Shown: positions 1 to 12,570 of the stretch, piece after piece | Layout of the letters: each line of letters starts with the position of its first letter | Numbering within the stretch: position 1 is the stretch's first letter | Source: Octopus sinensis | Lineage: Eukaryota | Direction of reading: 5' to 3' | DNA: 64,000 nt | Assembly: GCF_006345805.1 (NCBI RefSeq) | Contig: NC_042998.1 | Span: 69,440,001 to 69,504,000 of the forward strand | The notes under the pieces: model-generated | Told to the model about the DNA's origin: nothing | The model's input: the letters and a program-made list of their open reading frames with translations, nothing else | The model's database searches: none | Position numbers and translations under genes: made by a program

Positions 1-1016
1 TAAAAAAAAATGCTAGGAACCTAATATTCCTCACTAGATCCCTAAATGGATGAATGAACCCCTCCATATGTTTTCAGGACCCCTACTGTCCTGCTAACAT
101 CACCCAGTTTGGCAGCTGTGTTTCATTTCAGGAAGTTAGTCTTCTCTTCTGCCTTCATGTAATTATTTCATTTAATTATTTTATACAAAAGTAGACATGG
201 CTATAGGGTTAAGAAGCTCATTTTGTGACCAGCTTGTTTCAGAGTTCAGTCCCACAGCACATCTCCTGGAGCAAACATCTGCTGCTATAGCTCCAGGCTA
301 ACTAATGTCTTCTGAATGACTCCACTTGATGGAAACTTTATAGAAGTCCACCATGTGTGGACTTCTAGAATGGTACCAGTGCCAGTGGCATGTAAAAGCA
401 CCTATTACACTCTCAAAGTGGTCAGTGTTAGAAAGGGCATCCAGCCATAGAAAACCAAACCAAATCAAACTGGAGTCTGTTACAGCCTTCTAGCATGCCA
501 GCTCAGTCAAACCATCCAACCCATGCCAGCATGGACAACAGACAGTAAATGATGATGATGATGATATATATATATATAATGTGTTTGAAAGTTGTGTTTT
601 CTTTGGTATGTTTGTTCCCAAACAACACTTTAGTGCTGTTGACACTGCTGGATTGAATGGTGCTGCCCAGGTGTCGAAACCATAAAGATATCCGTGGGGC
701 AGCTGTTCATTCAAAAAAAATCAACAGAGTAAATGCCAGAAATGAACAGGGTTTGCATTTTTTTCAACAAAACATATGTATGTCTATAGACATGTATGTA
801 TTTATGTTTATACATGTAGACATACATATGTGTGTGTGTATGTGCACACCAACATCATTTAAATTCTATTTTCCCTGCCATCATGGGTTTATATATACTT
901 ATATATATATACACACACACATACATACATACATATATATATATATGCATACACACACAGGCCTCCTGTATGTAGTAGGTGTATGCATACATATAGTACA
1001 CAGGTAACTGGGCTAG

Positions 1017-1377
1017 ATATGAACAGCTGTGTATACATGTACAGGTGTAAGTGCAAACAATTGGGTACAGATTCAGAAACAAAGGGGTGCATAAATGTGT
1101 GGTTAAAAAATTTGAACTGCACCTACCTCCACTTCCCCTACCCCTTACTGAATCTACCCTTCACTAACCTTACATCCCCGCTATACCTACACCTGTACTT
1201 ATATATATATATATTATATATATATATATTATATATATATATATCCTTGTTTCTGTACATAAATATATGCTGAAGCAAATTCCTTACATGTACACACACA
1301 CATGCACCCCTTTGTTTCTGAATCTGTACCCAATTGTTTGCACTTACACCTGTACATGTATACACAGCTGTTCATAT
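1017..1377. repeat. Perfect 76-bp inverted duplication with 209-bp spacer
   Basis: 1017-1092 is the exact reverse complement of 1302-1377. Confidence 0.95.
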
Positions 1378-1387
1378 ATAATTATGG

Positions 1388-1435
<48 letters not shown>

Positions 1436-4400
1436 TAATGTGTATGTGTGGTGTGTGTATATATATATATAATGAGTATGGGTGCTAGTGTATATATGTA
1501 TGTGTGTATAGAGTAAATACGTGTGTTTCTGCCCATGTTTGTGTTTATGTTTGAACTGGTCTAAAAACTGGTGACTTTGTATTCCGTGACTTAGCTGTTC
1601 AACAAATAGGTTTTGATAAAATACTTGACAGAAGTAAGTGCTGGGGTTGATATGACCAACTGTAAATCATATGATGCAATGCTCCAGCATGGCCACAATC
1701 TAATGCCAGGAATCAGTAAAAAGAGTGAAATATTCTTCGTATGAAAATATTTGGATGTAAAAAACAAGAGAAAGAGTACTCATTCCATGTAGTAGAGTAT
1801 AGTTATTAATTCAAAGGTGACAATTCTTTCCTTTGCTACTCAGAATTTGTTCCCTGTGTGATATAGGATTCCACAAAGCAGTAATTTCAGAGTTGCAAAA
1901 AAGGGAATCATCAACGTTGAACAAATGTATGTGTGTGCATGTATGTTTGTAAATACAGATATATGTATATGCATATGTGTGTATGTGATGTGATGTGTTG
2001 GTGTATGTGTGTGTCTATTCAGGGATGCTGAGAGAAATCACAAGGCAGAACTTAATGCTTACTCTCTCTCCCTCCTCCTCCTGACATGGGTGGGTGGGGA
2101 GTCTTCTCCAATTTCAAGAAGCTGTGTTGCTTTTTCAGGGAAGAGATCCAACAGCTATTCAACAGACACCACCTTGGCTTGGCTCTGCAAGTTCCTGGCT
2201 GATGTGCTGGCTGAACCTGCCCCTTTTAAAGATCTCTGTGTATGTGTATACACACACTCACAATTGTATATAGAAGGAGAGAGAGAGATACACGCACACA
2301 CACACACACACACATCTTGATAAAAGAAGGATGTCCTAGTGAAAAAAATCTACCTTAACAAACTCTGCTTAACTCATGCAAGCATGGAGAAGTGGATGTT
2401 AAAACAATCATCATCATCGTTTAACATCCGCTTTCCATGCTGGCATGGGTTGGACAGTTAGAGTGAGGACTGGTAAGCCAGAAGGCTGTACCAGGCTCCA
2501 ATCTGATCTGGCAAAGTTTCTACAGCTGGATGTCCTTCCTAATGCCAACCACTCCGAGAGTGTAGTGGGTGCTTTTACATGCCACCTGCATGAGAGCCAA
2601 TCTGGTGGCACTGGCAACAACCATGCTCGAATGTTGTTTTTCATGTGCCACCGACACATGTACCGGTAAGGCAGCGCTGGCAATGATCACGCTCAAATGG
2701 TGATTTGTATGTGCCACCAGCACAGGAGCCCATCTGTAGCCCTGGATCACGCTCAAATGTGCTTTTAATGTTCCACTGGCACGAGTGCCAATCAGGCAGT
2801 ACTATCATTGGCCATGTCAGCGATTTTGATGATAGCATATATCACGTGACCATCTGATTGATCAGACTGTCAGGTGTTGTTATACATCACTAACCACAAT
2901 GTGCTTTTCATTGTTTTTAAACTTCATTTTCTTTTTTTAATGGTGCCAACCTAGGTGAGCAGGCCAACATTCCTCCTGATTGGAAGGCTAGTGTGTTGCA
3001 GGGTTACTCGCTTAGGAACGCAACATGCAGCCACTCTTGGAATTGATACCACAATCTCACAACTGAGTGCAGCACACCTAACAACCAGGCCATGTCCCTT
3101 CACACACACATACATAGACAGATACTTACATTCATACATATGTATATATGTGTGTGTCCTGCTTGATATATTTTAAGCACATGCACTGAAATTTAATCTT
3201 GGAAATTCAGACCATTCAAAGACTCAAACTAAACATTCCAATCTCCAGAATTAAGATTATCCACTCCAACCCTACCATTCCCAACCTGAGATCCCAGGGT
3301 CAGGGGCGGCTTCAGTCTACAATCTACTCTCAAATTCAGAATAAGCAAAACAGACAGCTCATCTCCCAATCAGAGTGGGCCATCTTGCAGTGCACTTGAC
3401 AAAGGCATGGCATTTGGTAAGCAGAACTCTGCCAATTTCCTCAAACCATTTTCAACCCACCACCACATCTTAACCTTACCATTCTTACCCTGTTTCCATG
3501 TGTATCCAAAATCTGACAATAATAAAACAGCAATAAAAATTTGTTTATCAGGTACAAGGTCACAGAGGTCAGCATAACTAATTTCCTCACCCTGATTTAT
3601 CAGTTAATCTTCCTCGCTACCACCATCACCAGCCAACCACTGCCGCCACCATCATCATCACAATTTTCATCATAATTTCCACATGTCTTGTATCACTATT
3701 TACTACTACTACCCAAAATAGCAGCTAAATCTTACTCAAATCACACCCCTAATTTCTTAGAAAAGAAGGCCACATTTGATAATGATTTGTAATTTAGGTG
3801 CAAAAACCTATAATTCTGAGAGGATGGGATTAGTCAGTATCACTGACACCAGTATTTGACTGGTATTTTTTTTATATTGACCTCAAAAAAACTAAAAGGC
3901 ATGATTGGCCTTGACAGGGTTTGAACTTGGAGTGTAAAACATTTTGTCCAATGCCTTTTAAATGGTCTGCCAATCAAGAGTGCACAGACTTTTTTTTTTG
4001 TTTTTCCACTGTTTTATCGGTTTCAGGTATTGGACTGTGATACTACCCTGTACGGTTAGTTGAATAAAATAAACCTGCCAACCACCACCAACAATTGTGA
4101 AAAATCTGGTAATTATTCTGTCAATCTGTGTTACGAAACTGCTAACATTTTAGGGATGCAAACAAACACCAGTTGTCAAGTGATGGGGTGGGAGGCAAAT
4201 GCAGACAGATGCATAGAAACATATTCATCACCGTCATCATCATCATCACCATTTAGCATCTGGTGTCCATGGGTTGGACAATTTGACCAGGGCTGGCAAG
4301 CTGGTAGACTGCATCAAACTCCAGTCTGATTTGGCATGGTTTTCTACAACTGGATACCCTTCCTAATGCCAACTACTCTGAGAGTGTAAAGGGTACTTTT

Positions 4401-4996
4401 ACATGCCACCGGTATAGGTGCCATTTGCATGATACTGGTATCTGCCACAACTGTGATTTTGCTCAGCCTGATGGGGTCTTCTCAAGCACGACGTAATGCC
4501 AAAAGGTCTCAAACATATACATACATAAAACAGACAGGTGGAGTATCTCTGATGTTAATTCTGCTCAATCAGAAGCTTGCTTCCCAACCACATGGTTGCG
4601 GATTCAGTCCCATGGCAGCTTGGGCAAGTGTCTTTTGCTATGACCTTAGGCTGCCAAGGCCTTGTTAATTGATTTTGGTCGGTGGAAACTGAAAGGACTT
4701 TGTGTGTGTTTGTGTGTATGTGTGTGTGTGTTGCATGTATGTCCCACTATTGCTTGACAATTGGTATTGGGATGCTTATGTCCCCATAACTTAGCAGTTT
4801 GACAAAAGACCAGCAAAATAAGTTCAAAGCTTTAGAAAAAAAAGGCCTGGGGTTGATTCCCTTGACTAGAAATTCTTCAAGGTGGTGCTCCAGTATGGCC
4901 ACAGTCTAATGCCTAAGAGAACCAAATGATTGAAATCTCAAAGTTATAAAATAATTAATGCATGATTAATTAAAAACAATATGAATAAATAAGCAA

Positions 4997-5450
4997 AGGC
5001 GGGAGAGGTATGCAGTAATATACATCTGGAAGATCCTGGAAGGAATTGTGCCAAATTTTGGCATTGAAAGCTTCACCAATGCCAGAAAGGGTTGACACTG
5101 CACAGTGCCAAAGATCCCAGCAATGCCATCGCACTTTGGGACCACTTACTGCAACAGCCTGGGTTTCAGGGGCCCACAACTTTTTAGTATTCTCTCAAAG
5201 AGCCTGAGGGACCTACACAAAGTGGATGTAGGTGTTTTCAAATCAAAACTGGACCTCTTCCTGTCGAGAGTCTCAGATGAACCTACCTCACGGCAAGAGG
5301 TGCAAATGAGGGTAGCGACATCAAACTCCATTCTTCACCAACTGCCACATATTAGAGGAGGCTCTCGGTAATAAATAACAGAGTAGCAAAATGGTGGTGC
5401 CCCAGCATGGCCACAGATCCAAGCTGAAACTGCAAAAAAGTAAAGAAAAG
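4997..5450 (+). mobile_element. CR1/L2-type LINE 3' fragment
   Basis: Translates RRERYAVIYIWKILEGIVPNF...NSLGFRGPQLFSIL...FKSKLDLFLSRV.DEP...ATSNSILHQ (one internal stop), followed by 3' tail ggtggtgccccagcatggccacag...ctgaaac. Confidence 0.8.
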
Positions 5451-5505
5451 AAGCATCAGATTTGAAAGAATAATAAGAATGCTTAAAGGGTTAATGTGAA
5501 CTTAC

Positions 5506-5585
5506 CATTTCTTTACTCAAATGTTATCTGTGGTGGTGTTTGCAGACGTTGACTGTTGGTTGATGTGGAATCTAAAGATAGATTC
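5506..5585 (-). other. Candidate exon ending in a start codon
   Basis: ...GAAATG|gtaagt at 5506/5505; stops in all three frames just upstream; possible acceptor tttggtttgctgtag near 5586. Confidence 0.3.
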
Positions 5586-6420
5586 TACAGCAAACCAAAC
5601 TCGCCTCATACGGAGTTGGGTCACGATGTAGAAAGGGTGGAAGCAGTAAATATCTGCCACACAGGCGCAGCAGAATATTATTTATTTGTTTGTTTCATTT
5701 TGTTCTTCTTTGTGCCTACGTCTAGCCCTACCACGCACCTATGAGCAATACTCCTGCATATTTCAGCAGCCAGTACTTTCTTCACGCACACTTACACACA
5801 AATTAATGCATGCATGCGCACACACACACACACACACACACACTCTCTTTCTCTCTCTCCCATACATATATAAATTTGCATACACACATGCATGCATAAA
5901 CATAAACACAGCTTACCTTCCATCACACAACAGAGTTCAACAAACTATGTACAAGACAACATGTTTAGTGTAACTTGTTCATGGAAAATATATTGAATGG
6001 TGTTAGGAATAAAAACAATGAAATTAGAGGAAAACACGCACACATATTTACACACAAACACACACATATATACACACAAACACACACACACATATACACA
6101 CACACATATATACACACAAACACAAACACAAACTATATATATATATATATATATATACGTGTGTGCACACATACATACATACATACATACACATGTACAT
6201 ATCTTTTACTTCTTGTACTTGTTTCAGTTATTGAACTGTGGCCATGCTGGAGCATCACCTTGAAGGATTTTAGTCAAACAAATCAACCCCAGTACTCTTT
6301 TATTTTGTACATCTGGTCCTTATTTTCTCTCTCTCTCTTGCTCAACTGCCAAGTTATAGGGGTGTAACCAAACCAACACCCATTGTCAAGTGGTGAGTGG
6401 AGAACAATCAAATCACAGGC

Positions 6421-6794
6421 ACAAATACCAAATACCATACAAAAATTTTTGATTTATTAAAATCTCATATACCTATATAGGTACTGATGTGGCTACGTAG
6501 CTCACTTTGCAACTACAAGGTTTCAAGTTCGATCTCACTGCATGGCACCTTTTACTATAGCCCAGGGCTGACTGATGCCTGTGTGAGTAAATTTGGTACA
6601 TAGAAACTGTGTGGAAGCTTGCCATGTATATATATATACATGGGCTATAGTAAAAGGTGCCGTGCAGTGAGATCGAACTTGAAACCTTGTAGTTGCAAAG
6701 TGAGCTACTTAGCCACATCAGTACCTATATAGGTATATGAGATTTTAATAAATCAAGAATTTGTTTTGTATGGTATTTTGTATACCTGTATTTG
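6421..6794. repeat. Fold-back inverted duplication of a SINE head plus its flank
   Basis: Arms about 6421-6564 and 6641-6794; two substitutions in the SINE part and small indels in the flank part. Confidence 0.92.
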
Positions 6795-7169
6795 TTTTTG
6801 TTGTTCAAAAATGTGCTATTGGCCTTTCTGAATCATTTCTTTAAGCTCATTTTTGTTTCACTTAAATTTCCTTGGCCATAAATATGTTCCACTCTCTTTT
6901 TGTATAAATCTAGATTCCTTATTGACTGGAGATTAATTAGAACAATTGTCATCATACTGATGACACCTATTGAGGCAGAAACATGAATCCATGGCTGTCT
7001 TCTTTTCCTTGGTGACTTGTCAACTTTGGGGAATTCTTGATTCTTGTGTTTATCTCCCCTTCTTATATGACCTGATTTCTGTTGCCATCTGTGACACATC
7101 TTCCAGAGTTTGAGCTAAATAATTTCTGTTGTTTGGTATATGATATACATGTATTTGTTTTATAGATAG

Positions 7170-7211
<42 letters not shown>

Positions 7212-7309
7212 TGGGGTGTAAACATAATATTCATAATTTGAAACCATAAGAATCAATGCACAAAACTTGGCCCTTGAGTCTCAAGAACTTTTACAAATTA
7301 AATATTGAA

Positions 7310-7579
7310 GTGCAATAGCCCAGTGGTTAGGACAGCGGACTCGCAGTCGTAAGAACGCAGTTTCCATTCCCAGATCGGGCATTGTGAGTGTTTATTGAGC
7401 AAAAACACCTTAAGCTCCACGAGGCTCTGGCGGGAGGGGGTGAACCCCACTATACTCTTTCTTCCTACTTCTGCCACAAAACAGAGGAACCATGGCGTAA
7501 GCCACTATGGTGTGGTAAAACTTTTTAAAAGCGGTGCATCAGCATGGCCGCAGCTCTGAGCTGAAACAGTAGAAAAAAA
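7310..7579 (+). mobile_element. tRNA-Arg-like SINE (octopus OR-type); related copy about 12560-12945 on minus
   Basis: Head TAGCCCAGTGGTTAGGACAGCGGACTCGCAGTC with TCG at the anticodon position, decayed B box, tail GCGGTGCATCAGCATGGCCGCAGCTCTGAGCTGAAAC. Confidence 0.7.
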
Positions 7580-7752
7580 CAAAATATATATATTAATTGA
7601 TAGTAGGAGATGGATTTTGTTTTTTATTAGACTTTTATACATACTTGTCTAAATTTTCTATTATATATATATATATATATATATATATTGGTAAAACGGT
7701 AAGATAACAAAAGAAAGAAAGAGACCTCAATATTATGTAAATAGAGGAAATT

Positions 7753-7995
7753 TATCTATACAATAATATGTTACATTACTCGATAGTCAAGATAAAACTC
7801 TGAGTTTCAGATGCCGAAGTGGAAATCCACAACACCATCTCTTCGGTTATCTGGCTATTTGAAAACGCTATTTCAAATAGCGTTTTCAAATAGCCAGATA
7901 ACCGAAGAGATGGTGTTGTGGATTTCCACTTCGGCATCTGAAACTCAGAGTTTTATCTTGACTATCGAGTAATGTAACATATTATTGTATAGATA
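7753..7995. repeat. Perfect palindrome, 121-bp arms, 1-bp spacer
   Basis: 7753-7873 is the exact reverse complement of 7875-7995; centre C at 7874; insert flanked by (TA)n on both sides. Confidence 0.97.
7896..7958 (+). ncRNA. Hammerhead-like motif (variant); mirror copy on the minus strand at 7790-7852
   Basis: AGAUAA-CCGAAGA-GAUG...CAUC-U-GAAA-CUC-A-GAG-U-U-UUAUCU: 6-bp stem I, core with U4C, stem II with an inner GUGGA/UCCAC hairpin, one extra U before GAAA, near-palindromic stem III, GUU triplet. Confidence 0.4.
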
Positions 7996-8759
7996 TATAT
8001 ATATATATATCCTAGTGTTTTGAATTTTCCTATTTGTATCACCAAACAGACAGACAGATGTTTTATCTTACTTCACAGTTATCACTGGTAACACTTCTTA
8101 GTCATATACTCATGTTTGTTGGTACGTATGTAAGTTTGTATGGATGTTATTATATATAGACATATCTCTTCCTTTATTAATTCTTTGAAATCTTTGTATA
8201 AAGAATGGGTTGGAACTAAGAAACAAAGTTCCATTATTAGAATTGAGATAACAACAGTAAAGAGATGCTTGTATGTATGCATGTTATCTTTCTTTTTCAA
8301 TCAAAGAATTAAGTTAGTTTTTAACAAAGAAACAAAGTTTCATTGATGGAATTTTGTTAACAGCAATAGTGAGGAGTTCCAGATTGAAGTTTCAGTAAAT
8401 CTTACATATAAGATTGAATGATAAAAAAAAAGAGCTGTTCCAATCCTATGCCCAGCTTCACAAAACTTACACATTGCCAACTGTACAATGATTATGGGTA
8501 TAAATGGTCTGTGTTGGAAAGTGGTAGGTTTCAAAACAGTTGTCCATAAATATTCTTTTTCACATATACAGCATGACTGACCTTTATAACAAAATATAAT
8601 TCCCCTTTCTGTCCCAAATAACAATATCTGGTCAATTTTACTTGCATTTGGTGGAAATTTTGATGGAAATGTTCCACAAAATAGTCCCTGTTTTGAAACA
8701 TATGCACACAACACCAGAAATATGCTCTAAATTTATGCCATGGTAATCTTCCATATTGA

Positions 8760-9190
8760 TCATCATCATCATCGTTGTTTAACATCTGCTCTCCATGCTG
8801 TCGTGGGTTGGATGGTTTGACTGGGGACTGGCAAGCCAGAAGGCTGCACCAGGCTCCAATCTGATCTGGCAAAGTTTCTACAGCTGTATGCCCTTCCTAA
8901 CACCAACCACTCTGAGAGTGTAGTGGATACTTTTACATGCCACCGGCACAAGGGCCAGTCAGGCGGTACTGGCAACGACCACGCTCAAACGTTTTTCACA
9001 TGCCACCGGCACATGTGCCAGTAAGGCAACACTGGCAATGATCATGCTCAAATGTTGTTTTTCACGTGCCACTAAGGTGACACTAGCAATGATCACGCTC
9101 AAATGGTGCTTTTTACATGCCACCAGCATGGGAGCCAGTCAGCAGCCCTGGCAACGATCATGCTCGGATGGTGCTTTTAATGTTCCACTG
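8760..9190 (-). mobile_element. SINE-like family C with (GAT)n tail and internal tandem subunits (others near 370, 2410, 19190, 33350, 37060, 43150, 58680)
   Basis: AGTGGTTGGTGTTAGGAAGGGCAT...AACCCA(T/C)G(C/A)CAGCATGGA...GTTAAACAACGATGATGATG on the minus strand. Confidence 0.8.
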
Positions 9191-11273
9191 GTTAAATAGA
9201 TACCAATACCTCTTTTATATATATATAAATGCAGGCAGATATATGTACGTAATATGTGCGTATGTTTCTTTAGGATTATTTTAAGTGTTTTTCATTCATA
9301 GTAATTCAAGCCAGTCACTAGCAAAATGGCAAGTCTCTTTAGTTTAAAGCAAGTGAGCTCTTGTGATTTGTGGTTACCTGAACAGGTTGATGTGTGCATA
9401 TATGTGTGTGTGTTTGAATAAACTTGCACTTGTGTATTCATCTGTATTCAATATGTGTATATGATTGTATTCCTATACTCAACCCAGGAACTGCAGACAG
9501 AGAATCCCTGGAATATGCAAATCAGTCTCTTCTGTTTGTTTTGGGGGAAACCCAAGCATTCTTCTGTTTCTATGCAGATCTGTTGTTTCATAGCCTAGTG
9601 CACACATTCATATACATGTATATACATGACAAGTTCTCAGTTTCTATCTACCAAATTTGCTCTCAAGGCATTGGTTGGACTAAGGCTTTAGTAGAAGACA
9701 CTTGCCCCAGATGCCATACAGTGGGACTGAACACAAGATTAAATGGTTGGGAAGCAAGCTTCTTAACCACATTACCATACCTGCACCTACACACATGCAT
9801 GCATGCACACACACACGTTTGTATTGTATGTATTTATGACAGTGCTGGTATATGTTGCATACAGCATGAACATCTCAAATGTTAGGCAGCATTTCTAACC
9901 AAGAATGAACCACAACTCTACAGACATGAGAAAACTAGATACTACCAAATAAATGATTCCTAAAAGCAAATGAAATGCCAAAAACAAAACGCACACACAC
10001 GCACACACACACACACACACGCACACACATCATTAAACAAAAAAGAAAAGATGGGGGAATGAGCTAGAACACCCACCCATCTTAGCTTCTTTGTAACATT
10101 TTCTCTGGATAAGGCCATAGATTTCTAGACTTCTACAGCATAAGTTACCATAAACATTTATTGTCGGAATATGGGTAGGGAATATGCAAGGGTGTGACTG
10201 GGTAGATAAGATTACAGGGTACAGGGGAAGGTGGAAGTTGACCAGTACGAAAATATATCACAACAACAACGTGGGAATTGTATGGGTTTGAGGATAAGAG
10301 ATACATACAGAAAAAGTGTGTGTGTGTAAAAATACAACTAGATATACAGTGTATATGAGAAAAAGAAGGGGGACGGAAGACAACAACACACACACACACA
10401 TACATGCATACAGGCATTCCAAGAGAGTTTGAAATTTCTAGTGTGCCAAAAAACCATTGTTTCTTTGGATGTTTATGTTTTAAGCATTGTGCATGTGTGT
10501 GTATATAAGAAGGCCCAAAAGTAGATCTACAGTTATTCAACCATTTCTTTCGCATTCATATATTAATAGTTCAGATCTTAATTATAAAAAAAAATGAAAC
10601 CATTATTCTTTGCTAATTTAGTTAATTTTGTCAAGCTCCCTTTTCAGTTTGTAAGATAGAAACTTAAATGTAATGAAATGTTTTAACACAAATTTAAAGT
10701 GCCTACATGATAAATGTAAACCTACTTTTGGGCCATCGTCCAACCTATGCCAGCATGGAAAACAGTTTAAACGATGATGATGATGATGTATGTGTGTGTG
10801 TGTGCATGTTTATGTGTATGTATATATATATGCATGCACAGGTGTGGCTGTGTAATAAGAAGCTTACTTCCCAACCACATGGTTCTGGGTTCAGTCCCAC
10901 TGCATGGCACCTTGGGAAAGTGTCTTCTACTATAGCTTCAGGCCAACCAAAGCCTTGTCAGCGTATTTGGTAGATGGAAACTGAAAGAAGCCTATTGTAT
11001 ATATATGTACATATATATCTGTGTGTGTGTGTCTTTAATTATACCTGCATCTTGACAACCGCTGTTGGTGTGTTTATATCCCTGTAACCTAGCAGTTCAC
11101 CAAAAGAGACTGATAGAATAGAATAAGTACTAGGCTTAAGAAATAAGTTCTGGGATCGATTTGTTTGACTAAAACCTTTCAATGCAGTGCTCCAGCATGA
11201 TTGCAGTCAAATGGCTGAAACAAGAAAAAGAATAAAAGAAAATACATACACACTATATATATACATACATACA

Positions 11274-11310
<37 letters not shown>

Positions 11311-11319
11311 CATACACAC

Positions 11320-11368
<49 letters not shown>

Positions 11369-11624
11369 ACATACCTACCTAGCCAGCAGGGTAGCATTAT
11401 TTAAAAGCTTCAACAATACAAGGAAACACATTGTAACGAGTGATGTATAACAACATTTGATAGTCTAGTCAATAGTCATATATACACACACACACACAAC
11501 CAATTCAGCAACAAAAAGAGAATGGGGGTGGGAAGGAGTTCCCACCTGCACCCCACCCCGCCTTAATTTTCCAGTTTTTACATTTTCTCCAAATTTTTTT
11601 CAGATTAATGTATGAAAAACTTAC

Positions 11625-11654
11625 CTACATTTGCGAAGAATCTTAATCTTAGAT
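11625..11654 (-). other. Candidate 30-nt micro-exon
   Basis: tttgtttttgtag|ATCTAAGATTAAGATTCTTCGCAAATGTAG|gtaagt in non-repeat sequence. Confidence 0.35.
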
Positions 11655-11857
11655 CTACAAAAACAAACTTGGAAATAAAAATTCTCAAAAGGAAGTCAAA
11701 ACTTCAAAAACTTTACCCCATATATTTTTTTCTTCTTTTCTTTTCTATATGCAGAATCCTAACCTCTGATACTTAAAACACAAAAACATATACATTTGAA
11801 GAAACTCTGGTTTCTGGTGCACTAGATAATTTCCAACTATGCTATAGGAACACTGCA

Positions 11858-11901
<44 letters not shown>

Positions 11902-12535
11902 CACTTGCACACACTCACTGGTATTTAGACAGACAGATAAATCAGCCGATAGATACATAAATAAATAGACAGACAGACTCACACCCAAGCCTATAAGGCT
12001 AGATTCCTTTACAGTGATGTAGAATTGCAAAAAAAAAAATTATGTTGTTGATGAATGAGAGAAGATGTTTATCACAACAATATGTGTTTTAAATGGATGA
12101 TATGATCATATAAGTGCAGGGGTGGTTATGTGGTAAGAAGCTTGCTTCCCAGACACATGGTTCAGTGTTCACTTCTATTGCATGTCACATTGGGTAATTG
12201 TCTTCTACTATAGCCTCGGGCCAACCAAAGCTTTGTAAGTGGGTTTGATAGATGAAAATAAAATACTCATAAATTCCATCCATGGATTATTATTATTACT
12301 ACTACTACTACAATATTTATGTTACATTATATTAGTACAGCTTGATATGACCCTAAAAACTGGTATCACCAGCTGTCATCTTTGAGCTGTAGCCGGCAAA
12401 ATAAAATAAGATCTTTTATATGCCTATTCAAAACATTTCCCATAAACAAACTCAAAGGATGGATATATATCTATCTATATCTATCTATATCTATATCTAT
12501 CTATCTATATATATATCTATATCTATATATCTATA

Positions 12536-12570
<35 letters not shown>

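Noticed and set aside
6955-7000. CTGATGA-CACCTATTGAGGCA-GAAA-CATGAATCCATG hammerhead-like string
   Set aside because: Core and GAAA are present, but the stem II base is mismatched, U16.1 is G and no stem I can form; at best a dead relic.
7310-7385. tRNA-Arg gene
   Set aside because: B box and acceptor stem are decayed and the sequence continues into a SINE body and tail.
8340-8740. Possible mariner transposase remnant on minus
   Set aside because: Only a faint QHRP...G.IG..FF resemblance and no TIR found.
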